The notes: a model not told the origin generated them from the sequence alone. Shown: positions 12,509 to 23,349, numbered from the stretch's first letter. The stretch is DNA of 64,000 nucleotides from Entomortierella parvispora E1425 (GCA_020891255.1 BQFW01000005.1:682001-746000); one strand, 5' to 3'. Made by a program: numbers and translations.

Positions 12509-13743
12509 TGTATGAATAGAGTTCTTGTGTAGGCCGCGGTGGGAGAAAGCGCGATGGTGGCGGTGGTGTTGCTGTAGTTTCTGTAGTTGTGGAATGAGGC
12601 ACTGGCTATACGAGGCGAATCTGCGGGTCCAAGATGAGTTTCAAGAGAATGAAAGAAAGAGGAGAGAAAGAAGAAGGAATGAGTGGAGAGGAAGAAGGAA
12701 GCAGGAAAAGAGAAACGTCCGTTCGTGGGTGTGGTGTGGGGCAGAAGGTGGGTGCGAGACTTTTTTTTTTTTTTTTTTCTTGTAAATGTCTTGCGTGCGA
12801 GTGATGCCATCGCCGTTCGCGGTTGCACCTGCCTTCGCTCCTGCTTGTCTCGGGAATACTCGTGAACCGGCGCCGACACTGTCATGGACATAGCCATCGG
12901 CACTGTTGATAGCGAGGTCAGGGTGCTGACGCTTGGGCTCCTGCCGTCGATCCCCCCGATCTGGTTGCAATGGATACGATCACGATCATGATGATGTGGC
13001 TGCTGCTGCAGATCAAACCAAAAAAAATCCCGCGTGGAACATGTCAGTCAGGAGCACAAAGGGAGCATTGGGCATTCAGTCTCTGCTCTCGGTCGCGAAT
13101 CCTCTCGCGAATCGTGACTCGCGATATAGTCGCGAGAACTTTGGCACTACTTTAAAAGTCTGTACCTTTCCCTGACCGATATTGCTATCTGACAATGACA
13201 GAGTCAGCCTTCGCGACTGAAGAACGAAGCGAGCGAGCTGTCTGGGCTGCGGTTTCACGGCAAGGACTCTTGTGGAAAACATTCGCAGTATTTGGGCACG
13301 CGTGGGTGTTAGCGGCTAATTATCAGAAGGGTAAGTGAAAGCACCAAAGGAATGAGGCAAAGTGGATGAAGTGAATGAATGAGGTGTACGATCGGTGCTT
13401 GTCCTTCTCTCAGCCCCTTGGACCCTCCCCTGATTCACCCTCTGGAGATCCATCTGATCTGCTCTTTCGGGCGTCAAGCAGTCACCGCGCAACTCGAATA
13501 AATTTTAAAATATAAATTTATTCTAGATATATCACGCCTTGCAGCGGTTCTTTTATTTTGATGTTGGTTGATGATTGATTGCCATTGTCTGTCTGTCCCC
13601 TCACCTCATCAAAGGTAAATACTAATGATCCGCTTTTGTGAGCGCATGCCAGCGATTGATGCTCGCTCTCTCCAAAAACTCGATGCGATCTGACCGAGAC
13701 TCACTCCAATCTCTTTTTGCTCCAGGCACATACCAATTCAATC

Positions 13744-16046
13744 ATGTCAAAGCGCGGAAACGACAACCAACTCACGAAGGACGAGTACGATCGGGACCAG
13801 GACGATGACAGCAGCGCTGTCATGGGCACTTTCAAACAAGCTTCCAGCGACGAGATGTCACGGCGAGTGTATGTGACAACCTCATGATGAGATACATTGA
13901 ATCAGATGGATTGTGTTGTTAATCTCGCTTACAATTGTCTTTTTATGATCTCCATGCCAGTATCAAAGCGCCTCGAGGAAGAAAGGTATGTCAGGCAAGG
14001 AACGCGATACTGTTTCGATACTGTTTCGATACCCCATTTGACTAGCTGCTGAGAAGACAAATGAATAACACCCTCAATCGCTATTTTTCGTTTCTTGTAG
14101 CTTGGAGGCGCTACTGGTGAAGGTGCACCAAAGCCCTCGCCTTTCTCTGGATTCTCTGGATTTTCAGCCCCAGCGCCATCACTCTCTTCAGGAGGAATGA
14201 CTTTTGGTGCCACAGCTGCCTCTTCATCTACAGCTACGCAGTCTGCAGCCCCTACGTTTTCATTTGGAGTCACACCAGTGTCCACGACTGCAACCTCACA
14301 GCCACCTTCGACCTCGGGCGGATTTTCCTTTGGATCGACTCCAGCTGCTTCCTCGGCAACCCCTTCGTCTGCTGCCCCCTCTTTCAGTTTTGGTATTACC
14401 CCAAAGCCGGATACGAACGTTTCGACCTCTACCGCCACGAGCACGGCACCGATGTTTTCATTTGGAGGTAATTGAATGGGAATACCAGCTGACAGATAAT
14501 GATTAAATTTCTTTCTAAATATTGATATTCTGTGGAAATAGGACCAACAACCTCTTTTGGAGGATTTGGCAAGTCTACTACGACAACAACTAGTCCCTTT
14601 ACCACATCCTTCAATGCTAAAGAGTCCGTCACCAAACCTGCTCCGTCATCGCCGACCATCTCGTTTGCACCCAAGGAATCTGTGAGCAAGGCAACTACCT
14701 CCACGTCTTTATTCTCCTCTGCTACTAAAGATTCTGCAAGCAAACCGGTAGCATCTGCACCTTTGTTCTCTTTCGGATCGTCGACCTCATCAACCTCTTC
14801 AAATCCCTTTGCGATTCAAAAGGCCACCAAAAAGGACGATGCCTCCCTCATTGACGACCTGAACCGTGATCTCAACAATGATCTGACGGAGCTCAACAAC
14901 AAATTTTCTGAAAAGATCCTGAAAGAGCTGAAGAAGAACTCGCATGTAAACCTGGCAGTCCTGTTTACACAGTACACATCTCACAGGCGACAGGTCAAGA
15001 ACCACTATTTGGATCTCATCGAATCAGCCTCTATCAACGACTCGGAGAGCGAGAAGGCCGACGTTACAGATCAGTCTTCAGGATCGGCACCAAAGTTGAG
15101 CTTCGGACTTCCTCTTAGTGAGATCAAGGAGAACGAGCCTGCTAAACCAAAGTTCTCTGGGTTCAATTTTGGAATCGACAAGCCTCTGACCTCTGCATCT
15201 TCGACCAGCTCAGGGGCTCCAGCTTTTGGTGGATTTGGAAAGACAGGATCTGCACCATTCTCTTTTGGCGCGCCTGCTACCAGCTCAACTTCAGAGGCTC
15301 CTAAGGCACCCACGCCCGGTGCTTTCAGTTTTACACTTCCAACTGCGCCCAAAGAAACGTCCCTGTTCTCCACTCCTGCCACCAGCTCGGCGACGACAAC
15401 CACCACATCCAGTTCATTCACCTTTACGCCCAAGCCGTTCTCATTCAACCCTCCTGCATCTACCCCAACCACTTCAGCTGTAACTCCAGCACCCTTTGCA
15501 GGATTTTCAGTTCCGGCATCTCAGTCCGTTGCAAATAACCAAGCTGCCGACAATGAGAAAATGCCCGATGACACAAAATCGGAGCTTGTGGATAGTCGAG
15601 AGGGCGAGGAAGGCGAAGAAACTATCTTTGAGGTGAAGGCTAAGCTCTATGCCTTCCAAGATGGCGAACACAAGGATCTGGGTGTGGGACAGTTCAGGAT
15701 CAATGAGAACACAGAGACCAAGAAACGTCGCATGATTATGAGAACAACTGGAACTGGACATCTTACTCTTAATAGTACGTTCGCATGAAGCTTCCTAGGA
15801 GCTACTGTGCTGGGCTACTTTCATTCTTCTTGGTACTAATCATTCTATTTTCTTTCTCTTCCCCTCTCTCTGTCTCTCTTCCCAGGCTGGGTTATCCAGG
15901 GAATGGGTCCTAAGCGTGAAAAGAACACGGTGACGATTTTCGGTATTGAGAACGGAAAACCCAAGCGATTTGCTCTGAGAGTCAAAGAGGAGCAGTCTGC
16001 TATCGACGTTGTCAAGGAGCTCGAGGCTGCACAGACAGCGAATTAG
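13744..16046 (+). CDS. NUP2: Nucleoporin Nup2/Nup50 (N-terminal importin-alpha-binding region, FxFG repeats, C-terminal Ran-binding domain), ~5 exons
   Basis: MSKRGNDNQLTKDEYD...GTFKQASSDEMSRRV|IKAPRGRK, many FSFG/FNFG repeats, and RanBD EEGEETIFEVKAKLYAF...GVGQFRINEN...RRMIMRT; last exon 15886-16046. Confidence 0.9.
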
Positions 16047-16592
16047 GAGAGTGGATATTTCGGCGGTTTCCATTTGATATCCACCTAGAGCTCCTTCTAG
16101 CGCTTTTGGAGTTTAAGCATCAACACGAGTTGACCACAAACACCAGAACGCAGGAGCGGTCATCACACTTTAGCATCATCACCTAGAAGACAACATCGAG
16201 ATTAAAAAAAAAAAAAAAAATCGACTGGCGACCATGGCATTTAAAGCCTTTAATCCGCAGACCTTGACATCTTCTTCAACTCCCGATTTTTTCGTCCCTT
16301 ATCTACTGTCCGACCCGGTTCTTAATTGCGGATCACGTCCATGCGTCCTTTGATGCACATATCTTGACAGTTTGTCGCTGACGTTGATTGAAAATTGTTC
16401 CATTGGCTGCACCCATGAGTTTTCACACAGTGCAGTTGGACGCCGAGCTTCTTTCTGCCTGGCAGCTGATTCCAAGATGTTGGGGACAGTCTATGGATAA
16501 GCGAACCAAAAAGGAAAGTCCCTTCATGGTCGTCGACTCTCGGTTCCTTTGGGCTCCAAGTCCACGAGGATCAAAAGAAGCAAAAGCAAAAG

Positions 16593-16665
16593 CGCCCAAC
16601 GTGGGGGTCGAACCCACAGCCTTCAGATTAAGAGTCTGACGCTCTACCGATTGAGCTAGCCGGGC
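16593..16665 (-). tRNA. tRNA-Lys(CTT), intronless
   Basis: Minus strand GCCCGGCTAGCTCAATCGGTAGAGCGTCAGACT-CTT-AATCTGAAGGCTGTGGGTTCGACCCCCACGTTGGGCG; stems pair and the T-loop GGTTCGA is present. Confidence 0.96.
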
Positions 16666-16753
16666 AATTCTAAGCTAGCCGGGCCAATTAGATGGCTCGA
16701 TTGGAGATATCAATTAAGTTTCTGTGACCTCCAAGTATCAAAGCTCAATATGA

Positions 16754-16786
16754 TCACGTGACTATTGTTTTGATATAATCACGTGA
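16754..16786. promoter_or_regulatory. Pair of palindromic TCACGTGA (E-box) sites upstream of tRNA-Glu, mirrored at 31215-31245
   Basis: TCACGTGA at 16754, 16779, 31215 and 31238, preserved while the surrounding bases differ. Confidence 0.55.
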
Positions 16787-16846
16787 GATAGGTGAAGAAT
16801 CGTGGTTCCGACACCGGCTCGGAATTCTTCTCTTCATCAAGTTGCT

Positions 16847-16918
16847 TCCTAGTTGGTCCAGTGGTCAGGATTTGTCGCTCTCACCGACAAGGCCCGGGTT
16901 CGATCCCCGGACTGGGAA
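16847..16918 (+). tRNA. tRNA-Glu(CTC), left-arm copy
   Basis: Acceptor TCCTAGT/ACTGGGA; anticodon arm TTGTCG-CT-CTC-AC-CGACAA; T-loop GGTTCGATCC; followed by a T-rich terminator. Confidence 0.95.
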
Positions 16919-17320
16919 TTCTCTTTTGCCTCTTTCTCTTTTTGCTCCTGACCCTGGCCCCTGGCCTGCTGTCTTTGTCGTCCTGTCCTCCGGGCGGATG
17001 TCTCTCAAAGGTCGAGAAAGAGAGCTTTCTTTTTTTTTTTTTGGTCCTTTGGATGTTACAAATGGTCCCAAAGTTGATGGATCAACAGCGGCATCAACTG
17101 AAAACTCAGGGGCAAATATCCTTTTATTGTGAACGCCTGTCTTGGGAGGATAATGTCAAGGATATTGTGATGACTACATATATACAACGCGATCACCGCT
17201 ATATAGATACAACGACACAGGAACGTAGGGTGACGTGAAAACTGGGTAAACTAGAGTACTATTAGAGTAAACTGAGGCCATAGACGACAATGTCAACGAC
17301 CTCAAGGAGCAAACACTCTA

Positions 17321-17575
17321 TCATCGGCTCACCGCATACGCTATCGATGATGTCTGGAAAAGAAACGATGACTTTGCTGCGTTCTGACTGTCAGATATCA
17401 TCGTCCTTGAACTTCCTGCCAAACTGAATTGATCTAGTGAAAGTGATGATCGAGGAGCTGCATTGTTGTGGATTATTGCATCGTGCGACGACAGCCCTGA
17501 ACTACAATGCTCAGATCTGCTCGACCCTCGGTGGCTGTTGGTCATCTTGAGCGACAGAGACGAAAAGATACCCAT
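17321..17575 (-). CDS. Micro-protein family member A (84 aa, ends FQTSSIAYAVSR)
   Basis: Shares the family C-terminal motif. TATATAAG lies ~165 bp upstream, with an A-rich context ACAATG. Confidence 0.65.
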   Translation of the reverse strand: MGIFSSLSLKMTNSHRGSSRSEHCSSGLSSHDAIIHNNAAPRSSLSLDQFSLAGSSRTMISDSQNAAKSSFLFQTSSIAYAVSR

Positions 17576-18382
17576 TGTTATATATGTCGATTGACTTGCT
17601 TGTGTGGATCGAGGACTTGGCTTTGGCAGGGATAAGATCTCGAGAGTGAAGAGGAGACTGCCTTGGTTGCTTCTGTTACTTTTGTTGTGATGTGCTGCTT
17701 GTTTGTATTAGGAGAGAACGATCCACTCCTTTCCTTATATACGAATCCAAACTCATCAATTGTCTCCGGGACCTCTGGGGTGGATTTGTCAGTAAAGTGG
17801 CCCCACCTCAACCTTAATCCTATAGCTCTTTAGCTCCTTGCTTGGATGTCGCCATCCTTGACACTAGAAAAGCATTGCCACCGGCGCCCCATTTCCTCGG
17901 GTGTCATAGTCGGCTCAATTTGTCAGCCCACGACAAAAAAATCCCCCTCCTTCCTTTCTGGGCAAACAATCAGGTCAAGAACAAAAAATAAAAGTAAAGG
18001 AAGGGTGTCATCGATCATTTTTCTAGCCAATAATTACATTGATTGTTTTCCTCCCCTCGCAGCTACAAAAAGCGCAACATGCAAGACACCAACGGTCAGC
18101 GCTGACTCGCTTAATCCATTTAAAGTGCGAGCACACAAAAAATGACACCCTCGTTTTCGGTCCTTGCCGCAATTGCTCGCTCAATAATCATGACTCCTCT
18201 TTGCTTCACTTGTGCTTGAAAATGCAGACACAAGACATGTACGCTGTGCTCTCTCTTCCCCCGAGTTGTTCACTGACTACACAAAAATGTTTATTACTTT
18301 AAAAGTGTTGGCGAAGTTCGTGGGATATGGTACAATGAAAAGAGAAGGTAGCAGGGTAGCGACCAGGTAAAGCGACGGCGCA

Positions 18383-18589
18383 CTACGAGCGTGAAACCAC
18401 GTAGGCCATAGCTGATATCTTGAAATCAGACACAGTCTTGGCCTTGGTTGTTGGCTTCGACTCGGGAGCCGTCAACGTCTCGGCTGAAAGGGAGGATCGT
18501 GGTGTATCGACCAATTCCTCGTACTTGGATGAAGGAGTGTTCTTGCTTGTCTCCTTGGACGGCTTTTTGTTGATGTTGAGGAACGCCAT
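18383..18589 (-). CDS. Micro-protein family member B (68 aa, MAFLNINKK...FKISAMAYVVSRS)
   Basis: Internal ATG at 18589 of track ORF 18383..18904, placed by homology to 29413. TATAAAAA at 18688-18681; family motif present. Confidence 0.75.
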   Translation of the reverse strand: MAFLNINKKPSKETSKNTPSSKYEELVDTPRSSLSAETLTAPESKPTTKAKTVSDFKISAMAYVVSRS

Positions 18590-19355
18590 GGTAGATCTAG
18601 GTGTGAATGCGATTGTGGCTGTAGGAATAACGAGAGTGTATTTGTATTGTCTTGTCTCGGCATTATGAGATGTCGCTGTCTTTTTATACGCCATTTTTAC
18701 TCTGCGCCACCTTCTCCCTCTGATGGTGGGTCTTCCCCGTCTTTGTTGGTTTAGGCGAATATTCATCGAGGAGCAAATACAGCCTTGCGCCACCACCAGG
18801 GACACAGGGGAGTCATTGGGCAAACGAAAAAAAACTCTCATAGGAAGGAAGAGACAATGATACAAGGAAGAGGAGGGGTAGTGCAAGTGCGCTGCGGAAG
18901 CCATCAGATGAGTTTAGGCTGAGTTGACAGACATCGAATACGGGAAGCAAGCACTCCTTTTTTGTCCACCGAAAACAAAGTTGTACTCTTCCTTGGATGA
19001 CACCCCTCTCCTCCAGAGGACACGCCGCGTCCACTATTGGGGCAATGCTTAATTTCTACTGGCTTTTGTAATCCATGCCTATGGATCGACTGTGCAACTC
19101 TCAATTGCTTCCTTTTTACCTTTTCACTCACCGTGACAACCGGGTCAGCCACACCACGAAACCCGGACCAAGGCAATGTAGCCTGAGCTGCGCAAGATCA
19201 GCAAGGGTTTCCTGTTGGACTTCAAAGGTATAAAAGGAACATCACTACCATGTCTCTCTTCTACAATTATCAACAAACCGCATAGCTGAACCAACCAACG
19301 ATCCTACACTCAAACAAACAACGCCTACTTCATCAGGATACCTCACACAATCTCA

Positions 19356-19559
19356 ATGACCTTCCTTCCATCGCTCAAGTCGTCCTCCAAGAATAATAAG
19401 ATCGCGATCGTTTCTACAGAGTCTACCGATACCAAGACTGATTTAAGCAAGAAGAACGAAGACCCATCATCGTCTAGCACAAACGAGGCATCTTCTTCAA
19501 AGAAGAAGGCCGAGCCATTCAAGGTCTCTGCAATGGCCTACGCCATCAGCCGTTCTTAA
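19356..19559 (+). CDS. Micro-protein family member C (67 aa, ends FKVSAMAYAISRS)
   Basis: TATAAAAG at 19229. 48/67 identical residues to 28462..28665 with no indels. Confidence 0.78.
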   Translation: MTFLPSLKSSSKNNKIAIVSTESTDTKTDLSKKNEDPSSSSTNEASSSKKKAEPFKVSAMAYAISRS

Positions 19560-19799
19560 TAAACCTACCCGCCGACTTTCTTCGCATCCTGTAAAGCACT
19601 CAGCAACCATAATAGTATCAAATAAACAAGAAACAGATAGAGAGAAAGATGGAAAGAAGCGAAGAAGAGAAAAAGAAAAAAAAAAACGCGTGGTGAGCGA
19701 TGTTTCACGTGCAGTGACTCGTCCTCTTAATCATCCCATGGGAAAAAACTGGCATTCAATCTTGCATCTCTCATTCCATCCCAGGTCTTCATTTCAGCC

Positions 19800-21596
19800 A
19801 TGTCGACCCTAAGTGTCCTCGAGCGTTTTCTCCTGCTCCCTGAACTAGCCGAGTATCTTTCTGGATACCTCTCCATTAAGGACATTGGTCGACTCTCCGT
19901 TGCAAGCAAACATATTCAATGGTCTATCGCGCCATCCTTTTGGAGGAACTATGTGCTTGACAAACCAGATGATGACGTCCACAGGTTTCCCAGCCCCAGC
20001 CCTGGCCTTTCGCAGAATCTCGAACTTGTACGTTCGATCGAGTTCCGTACTCTTCACACCGGCATCTGGGACATACTCCTGGATCCGCACCTCAAAATAC
20101 AGGCAGGGATAAGGACAGTGGCTGGAGAACTCCCCGTGCCTGCTCCTCTCACTAGTCTCATTTATACCGGATTGCGCCACAACGGTGGAACAAGGCCAGT
20201 TCTCACAGATGAAGAATTTGACAAGTTTTTCTTGCTACTCAAACGAACCCCAACCCTAGAGACGCTCTGCTTGCCAAGCGACCTCTTGGAGGAGATAGAG
20301 AAGTTCATACCCATCCTTGCCCAGATGCCGCATTTAAAGTCGATCACCCTTGTCGAGGGCACTAGAGGACCAATGGAAAACTCGAGGGCCTTTGCCTTCT
20401 TAGGCGCTTGCCTCAGTTTTCAGGATCTGAAAGTCCTTCGCTGCTCCTTCCGCACCTTCAGGGGAGACGACGTTGGGAATGGGGAAGAGCGCCAAATGTT
20501 CGATTGGATCCTCGGTGCCATCAAGATTCATAAGAAGGAGGGCCATTTCCCCTTAGGACTGCATGAGCTCGAGCTCCCCGCTTATCAGGATCGGTACCCA
20601 GAATCGTTCTTGGTTCCTTTTTACACGAGCGGATTTCCTTCCCTGGAGGTATTCCATGTGCCATATATCAGAAGTTCCTACAATGTCCGACTGGAAACTG
20701 CACTGCAGAACCATGTACCCAAGTTACGGGATGTGCAAATGCCAGCCGTGGGACTCCGACACGAAATCCAAGAGGCTAGCACCCTGTTCACCTCCGTGAA
20801 ATGTTGTTCTCGGGGAGAAAATGAGCGGAAGGCTGGGAATGGATGCCGCTCTATCGAGACTATGTTCATGGGCTGGTGCTCTGGCGACACATGGATCTTC
20901 TACTGCCGGAACACACTCGAGTCCTTCATTATGAGCTCCACCCCGGACATCTGGACTCATAATGTTCAGCAAATCCTGTCGATTTGCCCTCGTCTCAAGA
21001 CCATGAAGATCAGTGGCACAGACAACGATGGCTTCTTGTTGGACGTTGAAGACTTTCCGGTATATGACGAGGCGGGTGACGAGAAAGCCGCTAGAGACTT
21101 GGCAACGGATCCAAGGAGACTAATCTATGGAAATGTCACCTTTGGGAACTTTGTTTGCAAAGGAATGAAGACTCTTTCGTTGGTCTCGGGCAGTACATGG
21201 AAGACAGATCCGATGCGTAACCGAGGATTTTATACTCAGCTCGGACAATTGAAGGAACTTGAGGAGCTCACTTATGGATATGAGCTTGCGTACGGGTATA
21301 ACGCAAAGCTCGACAGGGCTCGGCCGGCCTTGCCTGATTTAACCTTAGATTCTCAAGCTGGAGGTCGACTAGACGAATTGAGAGGTCTCAAGAAGCTGCG
21401 AGTGTTGCATATTCAGGGCCGAAGGACACATCATTCTATTGGACAGGCGGAGGTCGAGTGGATGGAACGTGAGTGGCCTCTTCTGGAAAAGGTGATCCTC
21501 AGCCCAAAAGACGAGGACAAGCAGCCCTCTGCCGAATCCGGTCATTGGAAGTGGCTCATGTCAAAGAGACACCGGCTCACAGTTCAGGACCAGTAA
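19800..21596 (+). CDS. F-box-like/LRR protein, 598 aa, intronless, inside the inverted duplication
   Basis: LLLPELAEYLSGYLSIKDIGRLSVASK at the N-terminus. C-terminal LGQLKELEEL...LTLDSQAGGRLDELRGLKKLRVL...EVEWMEREWPLLE. Confidence 0.85.
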   Translation: MSTLSVLERFLLLPELAEYLSGYLSIKDIGRLSVASKHIQWSIAPSFWRNYVLDKPDDDVHRFPSPSPGLSQNLELVRSIEFRTLHTGIWDILLDPHLKIQAGIRTVAGELPVPAPLTSLIYTGLRHNGGTRPVLTDEEFDKFFLLLKRTPTLETLCLPSDLLEEIEKFIPILAQMPHLKSITLVEGTRGPMENSRAFAFLGACLSFQDLKVLRCSFRTFRGDDVGNGEERQMFDWILGAIKIHKKEGHFPLGLHELELPAYQDRYPESFLVPFYTSGFPSLEVFHVPYIRSSYNVRLETALQNHVPKLRDVQMPAVGLRHEIQEASTLFTSVKCCSRGENERKAGNGCRSIETMFMGWCSGDTWIFYCRNTLESFIMSSTPDIWTHNVQQILSICPRLKTMKISGTDNDGFLLDVEDFPVYDEAGDEKAARDLATDPRRLIYGNVTFGNFVCKGMKTLSLVSGSTWKTDPMRNRGFYTQLGQLKELEELTYGYELAYGYNAKLDRARPALPDLTLDSQAGGRLDELRGLKKLRVLHIQGRRTHHSIGQAEVEWMEREWPLLEKVILSPKDEDKQPSAESGHWKWLMSKRHRLTVQDQ

Positions 21597-22195
21597 TCCA
21601 TTGTTGTTGGTACTCGTAGTCTCTGGTATTCGTATAAGCGTATAGCGTACAAGCAATATATCACCAATGTCCTTCGGTCAGAAACCATCCATGTGGCACT
21701 CATATCTCAACAAAACAGGGACAGCAAAGTGGATGATGGCGTTTGCCGAAAGTATTGCAAGACTACTGTCGTGGGCATCAGTCTCTTTGCTAGGAGAGCA
21801 GATGTTCAAATGCTTAGGTCAACTCTCTGATTTGTGGTGTCGCTCTCGCAAGAAAGAATCGTCAACAGATCGGTCCAGAGGTGTCTATCCGGATTGAAAA
21901 TGCGAGTCGATGGACTGTTTCCAAGCCTTTAGAACCCCTCACCTTGTAGTTCAATTTTGTGACTTACGATCGTGCCAATTCTCCTTTTCGTAGCCAGCCC
22001 TTGCCACTGTGTTGAGCCACTGACTAATCCTAAGAGGTAAATATTTCTTTATTAACCAGGAACGACACAAGTGGTCTCAAAACATTGGCATCGAGCCAAG
22101 AAAATTGAATGTGGAAATGAAGCAGAGCAGAGAAAAGCATGAACCTGAAGGCTGGCTATGAAAAAAAGATCACAATTGAGTGGATGGGTGGCATC

Positions 22196-22411
22196 TCAAA
22201 TCGTTTGCCTGATGTCAATGCGGTGGGTGCAGCACCTCCTGCACATGAAGCATCGGCTGCATGTTAATTCTCTGGTACAGCCAACAACAATGCAGATGAT
22301 GACGGGCCCCAGTGAAGTCAAGCAGTTGTCCGAGCCATCCCCTGTGCTAGCACCGCTGTTTTCTGTAGCTGCATCGTAGTCGCCAAAGGAAGCGAGGTTC
22401 TCAAAAGGCAT
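22196..22411 (-). CDS. Small ORF with C-terminal Cys/His cluster (CIVVGCTRELTCSRCFMCRRCCTH); may have an upstream exon
   Basis: 71-aa ORF with an acidic low-complexity N-half, and 7 Cys plus His in 24 residues. Confidence 0.4.
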   Translation of the reverse strand: MPFENLASFGDYDAATENSGASTGDGSDNCLTSLGPVIICIVVGCTRELTCSRCFMCRRCCTHRIDIRQTI

Positions 22412-23118
22412 GTCGAGAGAATCGTTTGGAGTAAGGGGGTGAAGCTGGTCAGTGGAGATGGGGGTGCTTCTGGATAGGACCTTGAGTGGAGAGCTGTGCT
22501 GAGTGCTTCGAAAGGACGGGGAGGTTTGGAGAAAGAGAGTGAAGTGATGGCAGCATCAAGAATCCTTTTTTTTTATGGTTTTCATCATTGCACCTGGAAG
22601 GCACGATGCGGTGTTGCTGCTACATCGACCTGTGGTCTGTCTCGGCATTGGAAGTACAGTGATCAAAGGCATAGAGGAGTGAGAAGGATCGACCATTTCA
22701 TAGTCGTGACCAACATCTACCTTAGGCCATCGATTATCACCGACTGGACCACCGCGGTTCACCCTCGGGGAAGATCGTTGCGACTTGACGATAACTGGCT
22801 TTGGGAGTTCGCCCTTTTGCAAACATAGGCTGGTGTTGGAATCCGAAGTTCATTCAATTCAACATCACGGGACACCAAGCATCAAGGGGTGGGTGGTCCA
22901 TTCTTCCTGCAATCCACTGCCCTTTCCCTCTTTCCTTCAAACAACGCACGTCCTCAACTCAACCAGCCAACCCAACGCTCAAGCAAGAGACCACCTCTAT
23001 CTTCCCAAGCACTTTACCACAACCCTATGTAAGGGACTAACATTATCCACATACAACAGCGCTACTTCTGTGTCTATCAGCCGTTCAAACTCTAACCTCC
23101 TTCCAACGACTCTCTAGG

Positions 23119-23349
23119 ATGCGTTTCCTCTCTTCTTTAATCCTTTTCTCCATCATTGCTTCTGCTATGGGAGCAAAGCCAAGCTGCCCAAAGATATCCG
23201 GAGACAACCAGAGCGTTGGTATCTGCATGGTGCAGCCTGGCGATTGTAATTACTACAACATAGACTGTGGACCCCATGGCGTATGTTGTAGAAAGCCAGG
23301 AGGATGTGGAGATTATTCTTGCTGGAAGGATGGGCATTGGTCAAACTGA
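23119..23349 (+). CDS. Small secreted cysteine-rich peptide (8 Cys), defensin-like spacing
   Basis: Signal-peptide-like MRFLSSLILFSIIASAMG. The mature part has C-x12-C-x6-C-x6-C-x5-CC-x5-C-x4-C with a G-x-C motif. Confidence 0.8.
   Translation: MRFLSSLILFSIIASAMGAKPSCPKISGDNQSVGICMVQPGDCNYYNIDCGPHGVCCRKPGGCGDYSCWKDGHWSN

Larger units (their letters stand above)
16745..19560 (+). repeat. Left arm of a long inverted duplication (near-identical core 16825-18585; diverged 16745-16824 and 18586-19560)
   Basis: Reverse-complement match to 28460-31254. Paired coordinates in the core sum to 48001-48002 (17321/30681, 18383/29619, 16847/31154). Confidence 0.95.

Noticed and set aside
16792-17238. ORFs spanning tRNA-Glu (and 30764..31237)
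   Set aside because: They read through a tRNA and a homopolymer whose length differs between arms, which changes the frame.
17578-18302. Other ORFs inside the identical core (17578..17811, 17846..18145, 18039..18302 and their mirrors)
   Set aside because: They are duplicated only because the DNA is. They overlap the TATA box and UTRs of A and B, lack the family motif and have no protein-like features.
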